This document shows positions 26,011-35,776 of a DNA stretch of 64,000 bases, in pieces; positions within the stretch are counted from its first letter, which is position 1; every line of letters starts with the position of its first letter. The DNA comes from Candidatus Latescibacterota bacterium (GTDB taxonomy: Bacteria > Latescibacterota > UBA2968 > UBA8231), in contig OZ253462.1 of assembly GCA_965261395.1 (NCBI GenBank), positions 2,464,001-2,528,000 on the forward strand. Direction: 5' to 3'. The translations under genes were made by a program, and so were the position numbers. The notes below the pieces were generated by a model, which was not told the DNA's origin, ran no database searches, and worked only from the letters and a program-made list of their open reading frames with translations.

Positions 26011-27954
26011 GTGATTTGGCGCAGCGACAACTTCGGCGCAGCCGTCATCGGCATCGCGCTCATGGCCCTTTGGCCGCGCCTGACCTACTTGGATGAGGTC
26101 GAGCAAAGTCCCTTCTGGGAGGTACCGACAGCGGCGAGCCAACCCTACATTGAAGCCGCTAGAGGGCAGGAGAGCGCAGCGGCTGCCAGCCCCTTGTACC
26201 CGCTCTTTTTGCGCGGCCTCGTCGCCGCTGGGCTGGCACCCCGATACGTCCAAGTCCTGCTAGGCGCGGTCAGTTGCACGCTGTTGGCCCTAATCGGCCG
26301 CGCGCTCTGGGGGCCGGGTACGGGACTCGTCGCGGCTTTTTGCGCGGCTCTGTATGGACCGGCCATCTATTTCACCGGCGCTTTGCTGCCCCCGGTCCTC
26401 GCGGTATTTCTGGTGCTATTGCTGTTGGCGGCGCTCTTGTGGGCCGACCGACAGGCCGATGGGAAGGCATTTTTAGGGGTCGGGCTTTTGTTGGGGCTTT
26501 GCTTGCTGGCCGCGCCGCAAGTCGCGCTTTTCGCGCCGGCCGTGCTGTGGTGGCTGTGGATAGGAGGAAGGCCGCGGGCGTGTTGGGCCTGTGCGCTGGG
26601 GACGGCTGGTGCGATCGCGCTGTGGTACGTTGGGGGGGTTGCTACGAGTGCCGGCGGCTCGCCCGACTTCCTCGTGCGCGGCGGAGAGCACTTGCTCGCG
26701 TTGGATATGTACCACGCGCGCGGCGATTCAGCCGTCTTAGCGGTCCTGTTGTGGAAATGGGGCCTCGCCTTTCCCTTTGGCTTGGTTATGCCGCTGGCGC
26801 TATTGGGTGTGGGTTTTGCCTTGGCGGGTCGTGAGCGGGACACGTTGCTCGCCCTGCTGTTTGTCGCAACCGGCGCGGCCGGAACCGCACTCTACGGTGC
26901 CCATGCCGAGACGCGCATGGTGCTGGTACCCGTGCTCTTGCTTTTTGCGGTGGGTGGGGTCGGACAACTGGCGCGGTTGTCTTGGGCGCGGAGGGGAGGA
27001 GCCGTGGCGGGATTGGTCCTAATTGGGACGTTGGTCAATGCCAGTACGCCCGCCATAGACCGAGCGGCGCAAGCCTCGCAGCAGCGCTATTTGGGTCACG
27101 CCTATGCGGAGTTGGGTATGATAGCTACGGCGATCGCCGCGTACGAACAGGCCGTGGCCGCGGGCAGCCCCGACAAGGATGTGTATTGGGCCCTGGCGGT
27201 GCTCTACGACGCGAGCGGCAAACCCGAGCGGGCACTGGGGGTTAGCCGGGCATTCGTCGAGCGCTGGCCCGCAGACGAGCGCGGGCAGCGGGCACTCGGA
27301 GATCGCTACATGGCAGTGGGCCGTCCACAGGAAGCGCGCACCATCTACCAACAGCTCGTCGCAGACGGCGGGCAAGAGGGCCTACTCGGGCGCTTGGGGG
27401 ACGCGCAACTGACCAGCGGCGCACTCGACGAGGCCGTAGAATCCTACGAGCGGCTGCTAACTTTTAACCCGGATAGCAGCCGAGTGCGCTACCAACTGGC
27501 GCGCGCTTACGCTGCGGGCGGGAGGGTCGCAGACGCCGAGCGAGCCTATCGCCAGCTCCTAGACAGTCCGGTCTATGGGGTGCCGGCGCGGGTGGAAGCG
27601 GCCGCGCTCTTGCGGCACAATGGCCAGCCAGCAGCGGCCGAACCGCTGCTTTCGCAAGCCCTAGCGCTAGCACCAGACCACCGTGAGGTGCTGCTCCTTC
27701 TCGGCAAGGTGCTCTTAGAACTGAAGCGGCCCGGCGAGGCCCTACCCCATTGGCTGCATCTCGCCGAATTAGAGCCTCGTAATTGGCGGGTTCAAGGCCA
27801 TTTGAGCAGAGCTTATGGCCAGTTGGGACGGGACGCAGAGGCGCGGGACGCAGAGGCGCGCTATCAGCAGGAACGGCGACGCGCCCAGCTCCAGCAGCGG
27901 ATCGAGGTTGAGCAGAAGGCATTGGCGGAAAAAATTCGCGGGGAAAATTTATGA
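26011..27954 (+). CDS. GT-C (PMT/ArnT, family 39/83-like) membrane glycosyltransferase-like domain fused to TPR repeats
   Basis: PLYPLFL..VQVLLG..GLVAAF.AALYGPAIYF multi-TM N-terminus. C-terminal TPRs (LGHAYAELG, YERLLTFNPDS, ALALAPDH). Confidence 0.75.
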   Translation: MIWRSDNFGAAVIGIALMALWPRLTYLDEVEQSPFWEVPTAASQPYIEAARGQESAAAASPLYPLFLRGLVAAGLAPRYVQVLLGAVSCTLLALIGRALWGPGTGLVAAFCAALYGPAIYFTGALLPPVLAVFLVLLLLAALLWADRQADGKAFLGVGLLLGLCLLAAPQVALFAPAVLWWLWIGGRPRACWACALGTAGAIALWYVGGVATSAGGSPDFLVRGGEHLLALDMYHARGDSAVLAVLLWKWGLAFPFGLVMPLALLGVGFALAGRERDTLLALLFVATGAAGTALYGAHAETRMVLVPVLLLFAVGGVGQLARLSWARRGGAVAGLVLIGTLVNASTPAIDRAAQASQQRYLGHAYAELGMIATAIAAYEQAVAAGSPDKDVYWALAVLYDASGKPERALGVSRAFVERWPADERGQRALGDRYMAVGRPQEARTIYQQLVADGGQEGLLGRLGDAQLTSGALDEAVESYERLLTFNPDSSRVRYQLARAYAAGGRVADAERAYRQLLDSPVYGVPARVEAAALLRHNGQPAAAEPLLSQALALAPDHREVLLLLGKVLLELKRPGEALPHWLHLAELEPRNWRVQGHLSRAYGQLGRDAEARDAEARYQQERRRAQLQQRIEVEQKALAEKIRGENL

Positions 27955-30020
27955 AGCGCTTGCTTCTCATAAGTGCAATGGTGCTTTTGCACGGCGGCGA
28001 TTCGCAGGGGCGTCAAGTATTGCTCGTCGGCCAAGACGGTCAGATTAGCTGGGAGGGGGAAGTAGCGGCCGGAGCCGCAGTGCAAACCATCGAGCCGGAG
28101 TACCGCTCCACCCTGGATCCCAACATCACCGAAATCGGCGTCGCGCCGGTCAATCTCGTCGATTTTGCCAGCGCGGATTTTCCCGCTAGCATCCTGCCCC
28201 GCCGCGTGCAAGAGGGTCAAAACCTCGCCGCTGAAATCGCCGAGCGCGGCGGCAGCATCCGCGCCCCGACCGTTTTCGACCTCGCCGAATCCCAGCTACA
28301 AAACATCCTCGCGCAGGTCGTGTCGCCCGACCCCACTGGCGGGGCCTTCGAGCGCAAGGGACGGGACGTGTTGGGCACCTTGCTCGTGCTCGATTTGGGC
28401 GCGCGTTTTGGCGTCAACCAAATCCGCTTCTTCCCGCGCAATACGGTCTTTCCGTCGCCATCGACGCCCTTTCAGGAGGATTTCCTCAAAAACTTCGAGT
28501 TGCAAGTCAACGACGGCCAAGTGTTGACCGAGGCAGGCAACCCCATATGGGAGACCTTTGCGGTGCGCACCAACAACACCGACCCGGTCGCCACCACCGA
28601 GATCGACCCGCCGCGCTTTTTGCGCTTTATCCGTCTGCGCGCCACCTCATCCATTCCCTTTGAGGTGGAGAAATTCCAAGTCTTCGGCGAGGGCTTCTTT
28701 CCCACCGTGCAGTACATTTCGCCGATCATCGACATGGGCAGCCCGGCCAATTGGGGGCGCTTGCGCTGGCTGGAGGAAACCGTCGGGCAGGCGAGCGCCG
28801 TGCAGATGCACATTCGCACCCGCAGCGGCAGCGATCCTTCGCCTTTCGCCTATACGCGCAAACGAGTAGGGCGACAAGACGCCGAGGAGATCGCATTCTC
28901 CGTCGATGATCTCGACCAGCCGCTCTTGCGCGACGAGTACCTCGACCTGCCGGCCAAGGGAGGCCCCAGCGATGTGTGGGAACGCGGCCCCGTGCGCGAC
29001 GACTTAGGCAATTGGAGCCCGTGGACCTCGCCCTACAACCCGATCGCAGGTACCAGCAGCGAGGGCGCGTTGGTCCTCTCACCTGGGCCGCGCCGCTACT
29101 TCCAGTTCCGGGTTGACTTCCAGTCCGACGACCTAGAGTCGGCCAAAATCCTGCGACAGCTTTCCTTTGACTTCACCACGCCGCCGTTGGCCGATGTCCT
29201 CGTCGGCGAGGTCTTTCCGCGCGAGGTGCCCGCAGCCGCGGATATTCCCTTTGTCTATGCCGTGCGCGCCGAGATGGAGAGCGGCGATTTGCAGGGCTTT
29301 GACGGATTCGAGCTGGTCACCGGTAGCCGGGTAGATCGCATCGAGCGCATTGAAATCATCGACGCGCAGGGCGAGTTCCTCCTAGCGCACGACTTTGCGG
29401 TGCAAGATGCAGTAGTCGACGAGGGCGATGTGGCCATCACCGCGATCGCGGAGCGCAGCTTTGAGGTGCGCTTCCCGAGAGTGGCAGCGCACAATACCGT
29501 GTTGAAGATCCACTTCGTCAGCCGCATCCTCTCGTACAGCACGGCCTTTGAGGGCCGGGGATTGCTGTTGCAGGAAGACGCCTTTCAGAGCGTCCAAGCC
29601 GGCGATGCCACCGCGCTGGACGAAGGCGACATCTCGTTTAAGTCGGGCACTACCGTCTTGAGCCCGGCCGTCAACAGCGGCAGCCTAGTGGGCAGCTTTG
29701 ACCTCGCCGCGTCCGTTATCACGCCCAATGGCGACGGCATCAACGACGTCTTGGATATGGAATGCGAAGTCCTCGCAGTCGGCGGCGCGGCACAGATTGC
29801 GGTCACTGTATACGACCTAGGGGGACGCCGGATGCGCCGCCTTTTCAACATCGAAGGACAGAGCGGCGTGTACAGCTCGGAAAATCTGACCCAACTGCGA
29901 TGGGACGGGAGCGACGATCAGGGTGCGAAAGTGGCCCCTGGCCTCTACCTAATCCAACTCAACATCGAAGGCGATGCGCGCGCGAGCGCCAGCACGCGCA
30001 CCGTCGGCGTGGCCTATTGA
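27951..30020 (+). CDS. Family B secreted protein B2 (C-terminal FlgD-Ig/TPNGD domain)
   Basis: Signal peptide, LDLG..FGVNQIRFFPR, FGEGF, RTRSG, WSPW, SPGPRRYFQ, ITPNGDGIND, WDGSD and terminal VGVAY. Confidence 0.8.
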   Translation: MKRLLLISAMVLLHGGDSQGRQVLLVGQDGQISWEGEVAAGAAVQTIEPEYRSTLDPNITEIGVAPVNLVDFASADFPASILPRRVQEGQNLAAEIAERGGSIRAPTVFDLAESQLQNILAQVVSPDPTGGAFERKGRDVLGTLLVLDLGARFGVNQIRFFPRNTVFPSPSTPFQEDFLKNFELQVNDGQVLTEAGNPIWETFAVRTNNTDPVATTEIDPPRFLRFIRLRATSSIPFEVEKFQVFGEGFFPTVQYISPIIDMGSPANWGRLRWLEETVGQASAVQMHIRTRSGSDPSPFAYTRKRVGRQDAEEIAFSVDDLDQPLLRDEYLDLPAKGGPSDVWERGPVRDDLGNWSPWTSPYNPIAGTSSEGALVLSPGPRRYFQFRVDFQSDDLESAKILRQLSFDFTTPPLADVLVGEVFPREVPAAADIPFVYAVRAEMESGDLQGFDGFELVTGSRVDRIERIEIIDAQGEFLLAHDFAVQDAVVDEGDVAITAIAERSFEVRFPRVAAHNTVLKIHFVSRILSYSTAFEGRGLLLQEDAFQSVQAGDATALDEGDISFKSGTTVLSPAVNSGSLVGSFDLAASVITPNGDGINDVLDMECEVLAVGGAAQIAVTVYDLGGRRMRRLFNIEGQSGVYSSENLTQLRWDGSDDQGAKVAPGLYLIQLNIEGDARASASTRTVGVAY

Positions 30021-30033
30021 GGGAGAAAAGATC

Positions 30034-32055
30034 GTGTTAAAGCGAATGCTGTTGTTGAACGTAGTGCTCGTGGCTTGGGGCACCAACGCGGTTTGGGGCC
30101 GGGCCGAGTTTCACATCGGCGGGCCGACGGGCGCTTCTTGGCAGGGGCTGATCACCGACGAGCAGACCGAGTACATCCTTGTTGACGATCAAGGCGCGGT
30201 CTTGGGTACGCTTCCCATCGCCATCGGCGCAGAGGAAGCGGGCGTCGATACCATGATCGCCTACGACGACAACGCCATCCAGCCGATATGGGTTGATCCG
30301 TCGGTCAACCTCGCGTTAGACGTGAACTTGACCCCGCGCGGCGGCAACCTCTACACGAGCGTCTCCACCGGCTATACCCGCGAGGCGGCCAAAGAAGTAC
30401 AGGTGATGATCGACGGCGACCCGGAAACCGCGACCTTGCGCCAGGTCGATATCTCGCCGCGACTGGCCGGCCTCAATATCGGCTACGTAAAAAACACAGT
30501 CGTCAACTTGGGGGCCGAGATGCCGGTCAATCGCATCCGCTTCTATCCGCGCCCGGGCTTTGAGGAAAACTATCTGGCTTGGTACGAAATCGGCGTTGCC
30601 AACAACACCGCGCCTTTTATGTCCTCGCCCCAAGAGCGCTCACCGGGCAAGCGCTGGTACCGAGACATCACCCGCTCGCTCACCTCGACCAACGACCCGG
30701 AATTCGACATCCTAGAGCGCAACGTTGAAAACCTCGACCAAGTCGTGGATTTGAGCTTTACCACGCGCGACTTGCGCTGGGTCGCCATTCGCCCGATCAA
30801 CCCCGAGCGCACCTGGGAGATCGCCGAAATGGAGGTGTACGGCGAGGGCTTCGTCACCAAGACCACCTATCGCACGGGCGTGTTGGACTTTGGCCGCCCA
30901 GTGGCTTGGAGCAAGATCCGCTGGCAGGGCGAGGTGCCCGAGGGCACGCGGCTGGCATTGCGCACGCGCACCGGCACCACGCCACAGCCCAATTTATTCT
31001 GGAAAATCGGCAGCACCGGCAACTTTGAGCGGGTGTCCAAAGACGAGTACACCACGACCTACCAAGTGGGTCGGTTCAGCCATATCCAAGCGACGTACGA
31101 CGTGGACAACTGGAGCTTCTGGTCAACGCCCTACGACTTTGCGGCCGGGCTGCGCGACCCAGAGGCAGCGGGCTGGGAGGACGGAACGCCTCTCCTGTCA
31201 CCCGGACCTAGCCGCTACTTGCAGCTAGAAGTAGTCATGTTTTCGGACGGGAACAAAGCGCCCCGCATAGACGAAATATCCCTGCTGTTTGCCGAAGATC
31301 CCGCGGCCCAAAGCGTGATCGCCGAGATCTGGCCGGTTGAGACCGAGAATTTCGAGCCGCAGACCTTCACCTATGTGGTGCGGCCCGTGCTCGAGGACGG
31401 CGACCGGGGCTTCGACCGGCTGGAGATCTTCACCCAAGTCCCGGCCTCAGCCGTGCATTCAGTCGCGATCGATGGCCGGGAAATCATCGACAGCTTCCCG
31501 CCTAAATTAGAGGAAGACCGGATCGTCATTAGCTTTGAGCCATTTACCGCGCCGCGCGACAACGAGCGCCGCATCGAGGTCGTCTTCGACGCCAAGGTGC
31601 TGCGCTTTGGCGCAGAATTTACCGGTTGGGTTTACGACAGCACCGAGCCCGAGCTCAAGCAGCAAGTCCGACCCGGCAACGCGACCTTCCGCTTTGCCGG
31701 CGACGCCCTATCAGTGCGCACGCCCGTCGGCGGCGAACTGGTGCGAAAAGTCACCGCGCATCCCACGACGCTGACGCCCAATGGCGATGGGATCAACGAT
31801 CAGACCATGATTTCGTACGATCTGCGCAACATCGGCGCACCGCGCCAGATCGCCTTGCGGATTTTTGACCTGTCCGGCCGGCTGGTGCGCGAGGTGATCT
31901 CCACGCCAGCCGTCAGCGGCAGCTTTGCAGCGGCTTGGGATGGCCGCCGCACCGGAGGGGACTTAGTCGCCCCAGGCGTGTACCTCTACCAAGTTGATCT
32001 AACCACCGACAAGGGCCTCTCAGCAGCCGCGGGCACCGTAGCTGTGGCCTACTGA
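30034..32055 (+). CDS. Family B secreted protein B3 (C-terminal FlgD-Ig/TPNGD domain)
   Basis: Signal peptide, VNLG..VNRIRFYPR, EVYGEGF, LRTRTG, WSFWS, SPGPSRYLQ, GFDRLEI, LTPNGDGIND, WDGRR and terminal VAVAY. Start at 30034 or 30046. Confidence 0.8.
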   Translation: MLKRMLLLNVVLVAWGTNAVWGRAEFHIGGPTGASWQGLITDEQTEYILVDDQGAVLGTLPIAIGAEEAGVDTMIAYDDNAIQPIWVDPSVNLALDVNLTPRGGNLYTSVSTGYTREAAKEVQVMIDGDPETATLRQVDISPRLAGLNIGYVKNTVVNLGAEMPVNRIRFYPRPGFEENYLAWYEIGVANNTAPFMSSPQERSPGKRWYRDITRSLTSTNDPEFDILERNVENLDQVVDLSFTTRDLRWVAIRPINPERTWEIAEMEVYGEGFVTKTTYRTGVLDFGRPVAWSKIRWQGEVPEGTRLALRTRTGTTPQPNLFWKIGSTGNFERVSKDEYTTTYQVGRFSHIQATYDVDNWSFWSTPYDFAAGLRDPEAAGWEDGTPLLSPGPSRYLQLEVVMFSDGNKAPRIDEISLLFAEDPAAQSVIAEIWPVETENFEPQTFTYVVRPVLEDGDRGFDRLEIFTQVPASAVHSVAIDGREIIDSFPPKLEEDRIVISFEPFTAPRDNERRIEVVFDAKVLRFGAEFTGWVYDSTEPELKQQVRPGNATFRFAGDALSVRTPVGGELVRKVTAHPTTLTPNGDGINDQTMISYDLRNIGAPRQIALRIFDLSGRLVREVISTPAVSGSFAAAWDGRRTGGDLVAPGVYLYQVDLTTDKGLSAAAGTVAVAY

Positions 32056-32062
32056 GTGAGCA

Positions 32063-34675
32063 ATGGCAGGAACTGCGAAACATATCTGCAAAGCCGCCCT
32101 CCTTTTGTGGGCTATTAGCGACGGTCCGGTCGCGGCCCAAATCGGGCTACAATCGCTGGCTTCCCCAGGCATGGAAGCCCTCGATCCAGCGGTGCGCCGC
32201 TGGTACATACCCCAAGAGTTGGTCGCCGAACACCAGTGGCGGCAGTGGAGCGCCACCAACTACGCACGCGCTCCCTATCAGCGGTATGTCAGTGCCAGCC
32301 TCGAGGGGGATTACTTCTACGACTCCTTTGGCAACTTCCTCAATCAGGGCTGGCTGATCTACAACGTATCCCAGTCCAATCCCGAGGAATTCGGCACCGT
32401 ATTGTTCGAGGCCCAGCGCTTCCGCAACTGGTTTTCCGAGGTCGCTGTGGCCTCCGAGCACAAAGGGCAATACGCGTACGCGCTGACCATCAGCAGCGAC
32501 CTGCGCACCACCCTGACGCCCATGGTGCTGTCCAAACCGCGCCTCGACGGCGTGCAGTTCGACTTTGCCATGGACAAGTACCGGGGCACGTTCCTCTACG
32601 CCCAAGCCAGTGCCCCGCGCGGCGTCACCGATCAAGAGCTGCGCCGCACCAATTCCACCACCTTGATCGGGGGACGCTTTGAGGTGCAAATCGGCGATTT
32701 CGTCGAACTCGGCGTCCACAGCGCCAACGCCCACCAAGCCAATTCGCTCTCGGAAGAGGCTCTGTTGAGCAACTGGGTAACCGGGTCGCTGACCCAAGGC
32801 CAGAACCGCACCATCTCGCGCATCGAAATCGCGCTGCGGGACGACTCGCCCGACGACGGCGTGGGCGGCGCGGCGTATTTTCCAGCCGGCTCAGACATCT
32901 TCATCACCTATCGGGATGGCCGCGTGGATTCGGGCCGCGAGATCCGCTTTGAACCTGTGGTAGAGGGCGGCGCGCCTAGGCCGGGCTTTATCGAGGCCAA
33001 CGGCAACGACGAGATCCGCCTGCGCTACGACTTCGACAGCGCGAGCTTCATCAATCGGGCCGCAGCCGACAAAACCGAGATCGTCAAAGTGGAATTCCGG
33101 CTAGTGGTAGCCAACGATTATCAGGTCTGGATAACCTCGGACCAGCAGACCAGCGCTGGCCAGCCTGTGTTCCTGCTGGCGACGCAAGCGCAGGGCAACA
33201 TCAAGGACTTGTCCAACTTGCGCGTCATCAGCTTTGAGGCCGGGCTACCGACGGCAACCCACATCCTCGGCGGTACGGTGAGGGCCAGCGACGTGATGGG
33301 CTTTGACCTGTACGGCGAGTACGACATCAATTGGAACTACCGCAAATATCCCAACATCCTCGTCGAAGAACACCAGACCTCCGCCGGCATTGTCGGCGCG
33401 CGCAACGCACCGGCCTATATGCTCAATCTGTCCCGCCAGTGGCCCCGCTTCTTCATCTATGGCGAAGCCTATTACATGGACCCGCGCTACAACACCCAAA
33501 CTTTCGTCACCCGAGACGACGGCAGCATCGACTACCAAAGCGATCGCAGCCTCATGGATCTGGTGGAAGACAACGACGATCAAGACCGGGTGCCGGACAC
33601 CTTTCGCGCCGACTGGGCCTTCCCCGACCGCCAAGTCTTTCCGGGCTGGGACCAAAACAACGACTTCGTGCCCGACATCAACCAAAACGACAGCCGCGTG
33701 CGCACCAATTCGATCCCGGACTACGAAGAGCCTTTCCTGCGCTTTGCAGTAGATCGGCCCGAATTCCTCTTCGGCGTTGACATGAACAACAACTTCTGGA
33801 CCGACCAATATGAAAATGACCAAGAGCCGGATTACCCCTACAAGCGCGACCACCAAGGCTACAACGCGTACGTCGGCACCTACTTGGCCCCGCAGCTAAA
33901 GATCATCGCCGGCCTCCTGCGCGAGGCCCGCATCTCCTCAAACCAGAAAAACCACAGCGCGTACGCCCTCCTGCGGCTCGACCGGAGCTGGGCGCGCTAC
34001 GGCGATTTGCGCCTCTTCGGCATGACCAAGCGCGTGGAGGACGACATCGCCGACCCACTCTTGCAGTGGGCGCCCGACAACACGCTGCGCCTCGGCACGT
34101 TGACCGAGATTGACGATCCGCTGCTGGCCCGCGACACTTGGATCAACCAGCTCTTCCTCGGCCACAATGTGCGCGCCTTTTCGCTGAACCTACAGAGCAA
34201 GGTCAACTGGGTGGTCTTTCACCAGCTCATAGACGCCGAGCGTCGGCAGCGCTGGGGCCTAGCCGAGACGGATTTCTTCTTCGGGATGATCAACAAGGCC
34301 CACTATCGCCATGTGCTCGGCCCCCTCTATTTAGAGCCGCGCTGGAAGAGCGAGTTTATCAAGCAGAGCCGCGACCTGTTCACGGACGAGCGCCGGACGA
34401 CCCTAGCGGAACTCTTTTCGCTATTGGCGGGCACCGATGTCCTAGAAATCACTAAGCTACAAGCGGGCTTAGAGTACTTGATCTTCGACGATTTCGATGC
34501 GGACGCCAACGATTTCACGGCGCTGACTTGGGGCATTCAGTTCCAGAACGAATCGGCTTATCAAGGCTACAAGCTGCAGACCGTGATCGGGCTGGTGCTA
34601 GAGCGCAAGAACTTCAAAGACGCCCCATCGCGCACCGAGACCCAATCCTTCATCGCCATTTACGCGGGGATTTGA
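32063..34675 (+). CDS. Family A secreted protein A2, putative outer-membrane beta-barrel (paralog of A1)
   Basis: Colinear with A1 over its full length, with the same N-terminal W/Y-rich motif and D/N block. Terminal FIAIYAGI. Confidence 0.75.
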   Translation: MAGTAKHICKAALLLWAISDGPVAAQIGLQSLASPGMEALDPAVRRWYIPQELVAEHQWRQWSATNYARAPYQRYVSASLEGDYFYDSFGNFLNQGWLIYNVSQSNPEEFGTVLFEAQRFRNWFSEVAVASEHKGQYAYALTISSDLRTTLTPMVLSKPRLDGVQFDFAMDKYRGTFLYAQASAPRGVTDQELRRTNSTTLIGGRFEVQIGDFVELGVHSANAHQANSLSEEALLSNWVTGSLTQGQNRTISRIEIALRDDSPDDGVGGAAYFPAGSDIFITYRDGRVDSGREIRFEPVVEGGAPRPGFIEANGNDEIRLRYDFDSASFINRAAADKTEIVKVEFRLVVANDYQVWITSDQQTSAGQPVFLLATQAQGNIKDLSNLRVISFEAGLPTATHILGGTVRASDVMGFDLYGEYDINWNYRKYPNILVEEHQTSAGIVGARNAPAYMLNLSRQWPRFFIYGEAYYMDPRYNTQTFVTRDDGSIDYQSDRSLMDLVEDNDDQDRVPDTFRADWAFPDRQVFPGWDQNNDFVPDINQNDSRVRTNSIPDYEEPFLRFAVDRPEFLFGVDMNNNFWTDQYENDQEPDYPYKRDHQGYNAYVGTYLAPQLKIIAGLLREARISSNQKNHSAYALLRLDRSWARYGDLRLFGMTKRVEDDIADPLLQWAPDNTLRLGTLTEIDDPLLARDTWINQLFLGHNVRAFSLNLQSKVNWVVFHQLIDAERRQRWGLAETDFFFGMINKAHYRHVLGPLYLEPRWKSEFIKQSRDLFTDERRTTLAELFSLLAGTDVLEITKLQAGLEYLIFDDFDADANDFTALTWGIQFQNESAYQGYKLQTVIGLVLERKNFKDAPSRTETQSFIAIYAGI

Positions 34676-34676
34676 C

Positions 34677-34706
34677 TTGACGTACGCTTTTGCTGGCATG
34701 TATATT
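34677..34706 (+). promoter_or_regulatory. Putative sigma70 promoter of the WGxIK-tail gene
   Basis: TTGACG, 18 bp, TATATT. Confidence 0.45.
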
Positions 34707-34800
34707 GAATTTTTATTTTTTGCGGAACTGAGAAGACGGCCGAGTTACCGCATCTTCTCTTTTCTTTATTTCACCCCTATCTAGTGGAGGTAGCTTCACC

Positions 34801-35694
34801 ATGAAAAAGATTCTCACCATCGCCTTTGCCTCGTTGGGCCTTGTGGTTGCCGCCCAAGCCCACGACCCGCCTGGCGGTCTGTTGGTCGCCGTGAACTTTC
34901 CCGATGCCAACGTGCCCGTCATTGATGGCAACGCCGGCGAGTGGGCCCCCGTGCCCCTCGACCAGTACGGGATTTTCAGCGAGTCCTTGTATTCGATTCA
35001 CGGTTTTGCCGGCGAGAACGTCGAGCAAGGCGGGCTGGACGCCAGCTCGATGCAGATCCGCCACATCGTCGGCTGGAACGACGCGACCAACAACGTGTAC
35101 CTCACCAGCCGCGTCTTCGACAACATTCACGTCACTCAGCGTCAAGACCCGGGCAAGTTCTTCTGGGACGACAGCGTCGAGTACGAGATCAACGCTTCGC
35201 ATCAGGCCCGAGAGGACCTGAATCCCGGTGACGATGCGACCAGCTTCAGCTACAAGTTCGCCTTCCCGGTTTTTCAGGAGACCTTCGAGTGGTATCGGCC
35301 GATCGTCAACCTGCCGTGGATGACCAGCGGCTCGCAGTGGGTCGAGATCGCCCACAGCTTCACGGGCGACGAGTTCGGCGAGAGCACCTACGACTACGAG
35401 GCGCGCTTCCTGCCGATCGAGCGGATGCCGCGCTCGGATGAGGCCACCGAGGATCAGGTCGAAATTCACGACCTGACCGAGGGTGGGGTCATTCACATCA
35501 CCCTGACGGTCAACGACGTCGATGGCGGCGAAGGCGAAGGCGACAACCGCATCGGCATGTGGAGCACCAATCCCACTTCGTGCTGCCACGCCGGCCAGGA
35601 CTTGCTGCTGACCCCGGCCGATCCCAACATCGACTGGGGCGCTGCCACGGCCGTCGAGTCGAGCAGCTGGGGCCGGATCAAGTCCCAGTTCTAG
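34801..35694 (+). CDS. Secreted acidic protein with CBM9/DOMON-like domain and C-terminal ATAVESSSWGRIK tail
   Basis: Signal peptide (AQA-H), PVIDGNAGEW...VGWN...VY....VFD (CBM9-like start), DSVE and a terminal WGRIK motif. RBS GGAGG. Confidence 0.75.
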   Translation: MKKILTIAFASLGLVVAAQAHDPPGGLLVAVNFPDANVPVIDGNAGEWAPVPLDQYGIFSESLYSIHGFAGENVEQGGLDASSMQIRHIVGWNDATNNVYLTSRVFDNIHVTQRQDPGKFFWDDSVEYEINASHQAREDLNPGDDATSFSYKFAFPVFQETFEWYRPIVNLPWMTSGSQWVEIAHSFTGDEFGESTYDYEARFLPIERMPRSDEATEDQVEIHDLTEGGVIHITLTVNDVDGGEGEGDNRIGMWSTNPTSCCHAGQDLLLTPADPNIDWGAATAVESSSWGRIKSQF

Positions 35695-35723
35695 GCAGTT
35701 TTATTTTTATCGCAGTACCATTC

Positions 35724-35766
35724 CGGGCAGGTCTCGCCTAGATGCGGGGCCTGCCCGAATACTTTT
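35724..35766 (+). terminator. Rho-independent terminator-like hairpin
   Basis: CGGGCAGGTCTCGC-ctagat-GCGGGGCCTGCCCG stem (with G-U pairs) followed by aatactttt. Confidence 0.6.
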
Positions 35767-35776
35767 AGGAGGCTAT

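Noticed and set aside
20251-32055. Family B proteins as flagellar hook-capping FlgD or phage tail proteins
   Set aside because: Only the C-terminal Ig-like domain is FlgD-like; they have Sec signal peptides and no flagellar or phage genes lie nearby.
23338-34675. Diversity-generating retroelement acting on the paralogs
   Set aside because: No reverse transcriptase and no adenine-specific TR/VR pair are visible.
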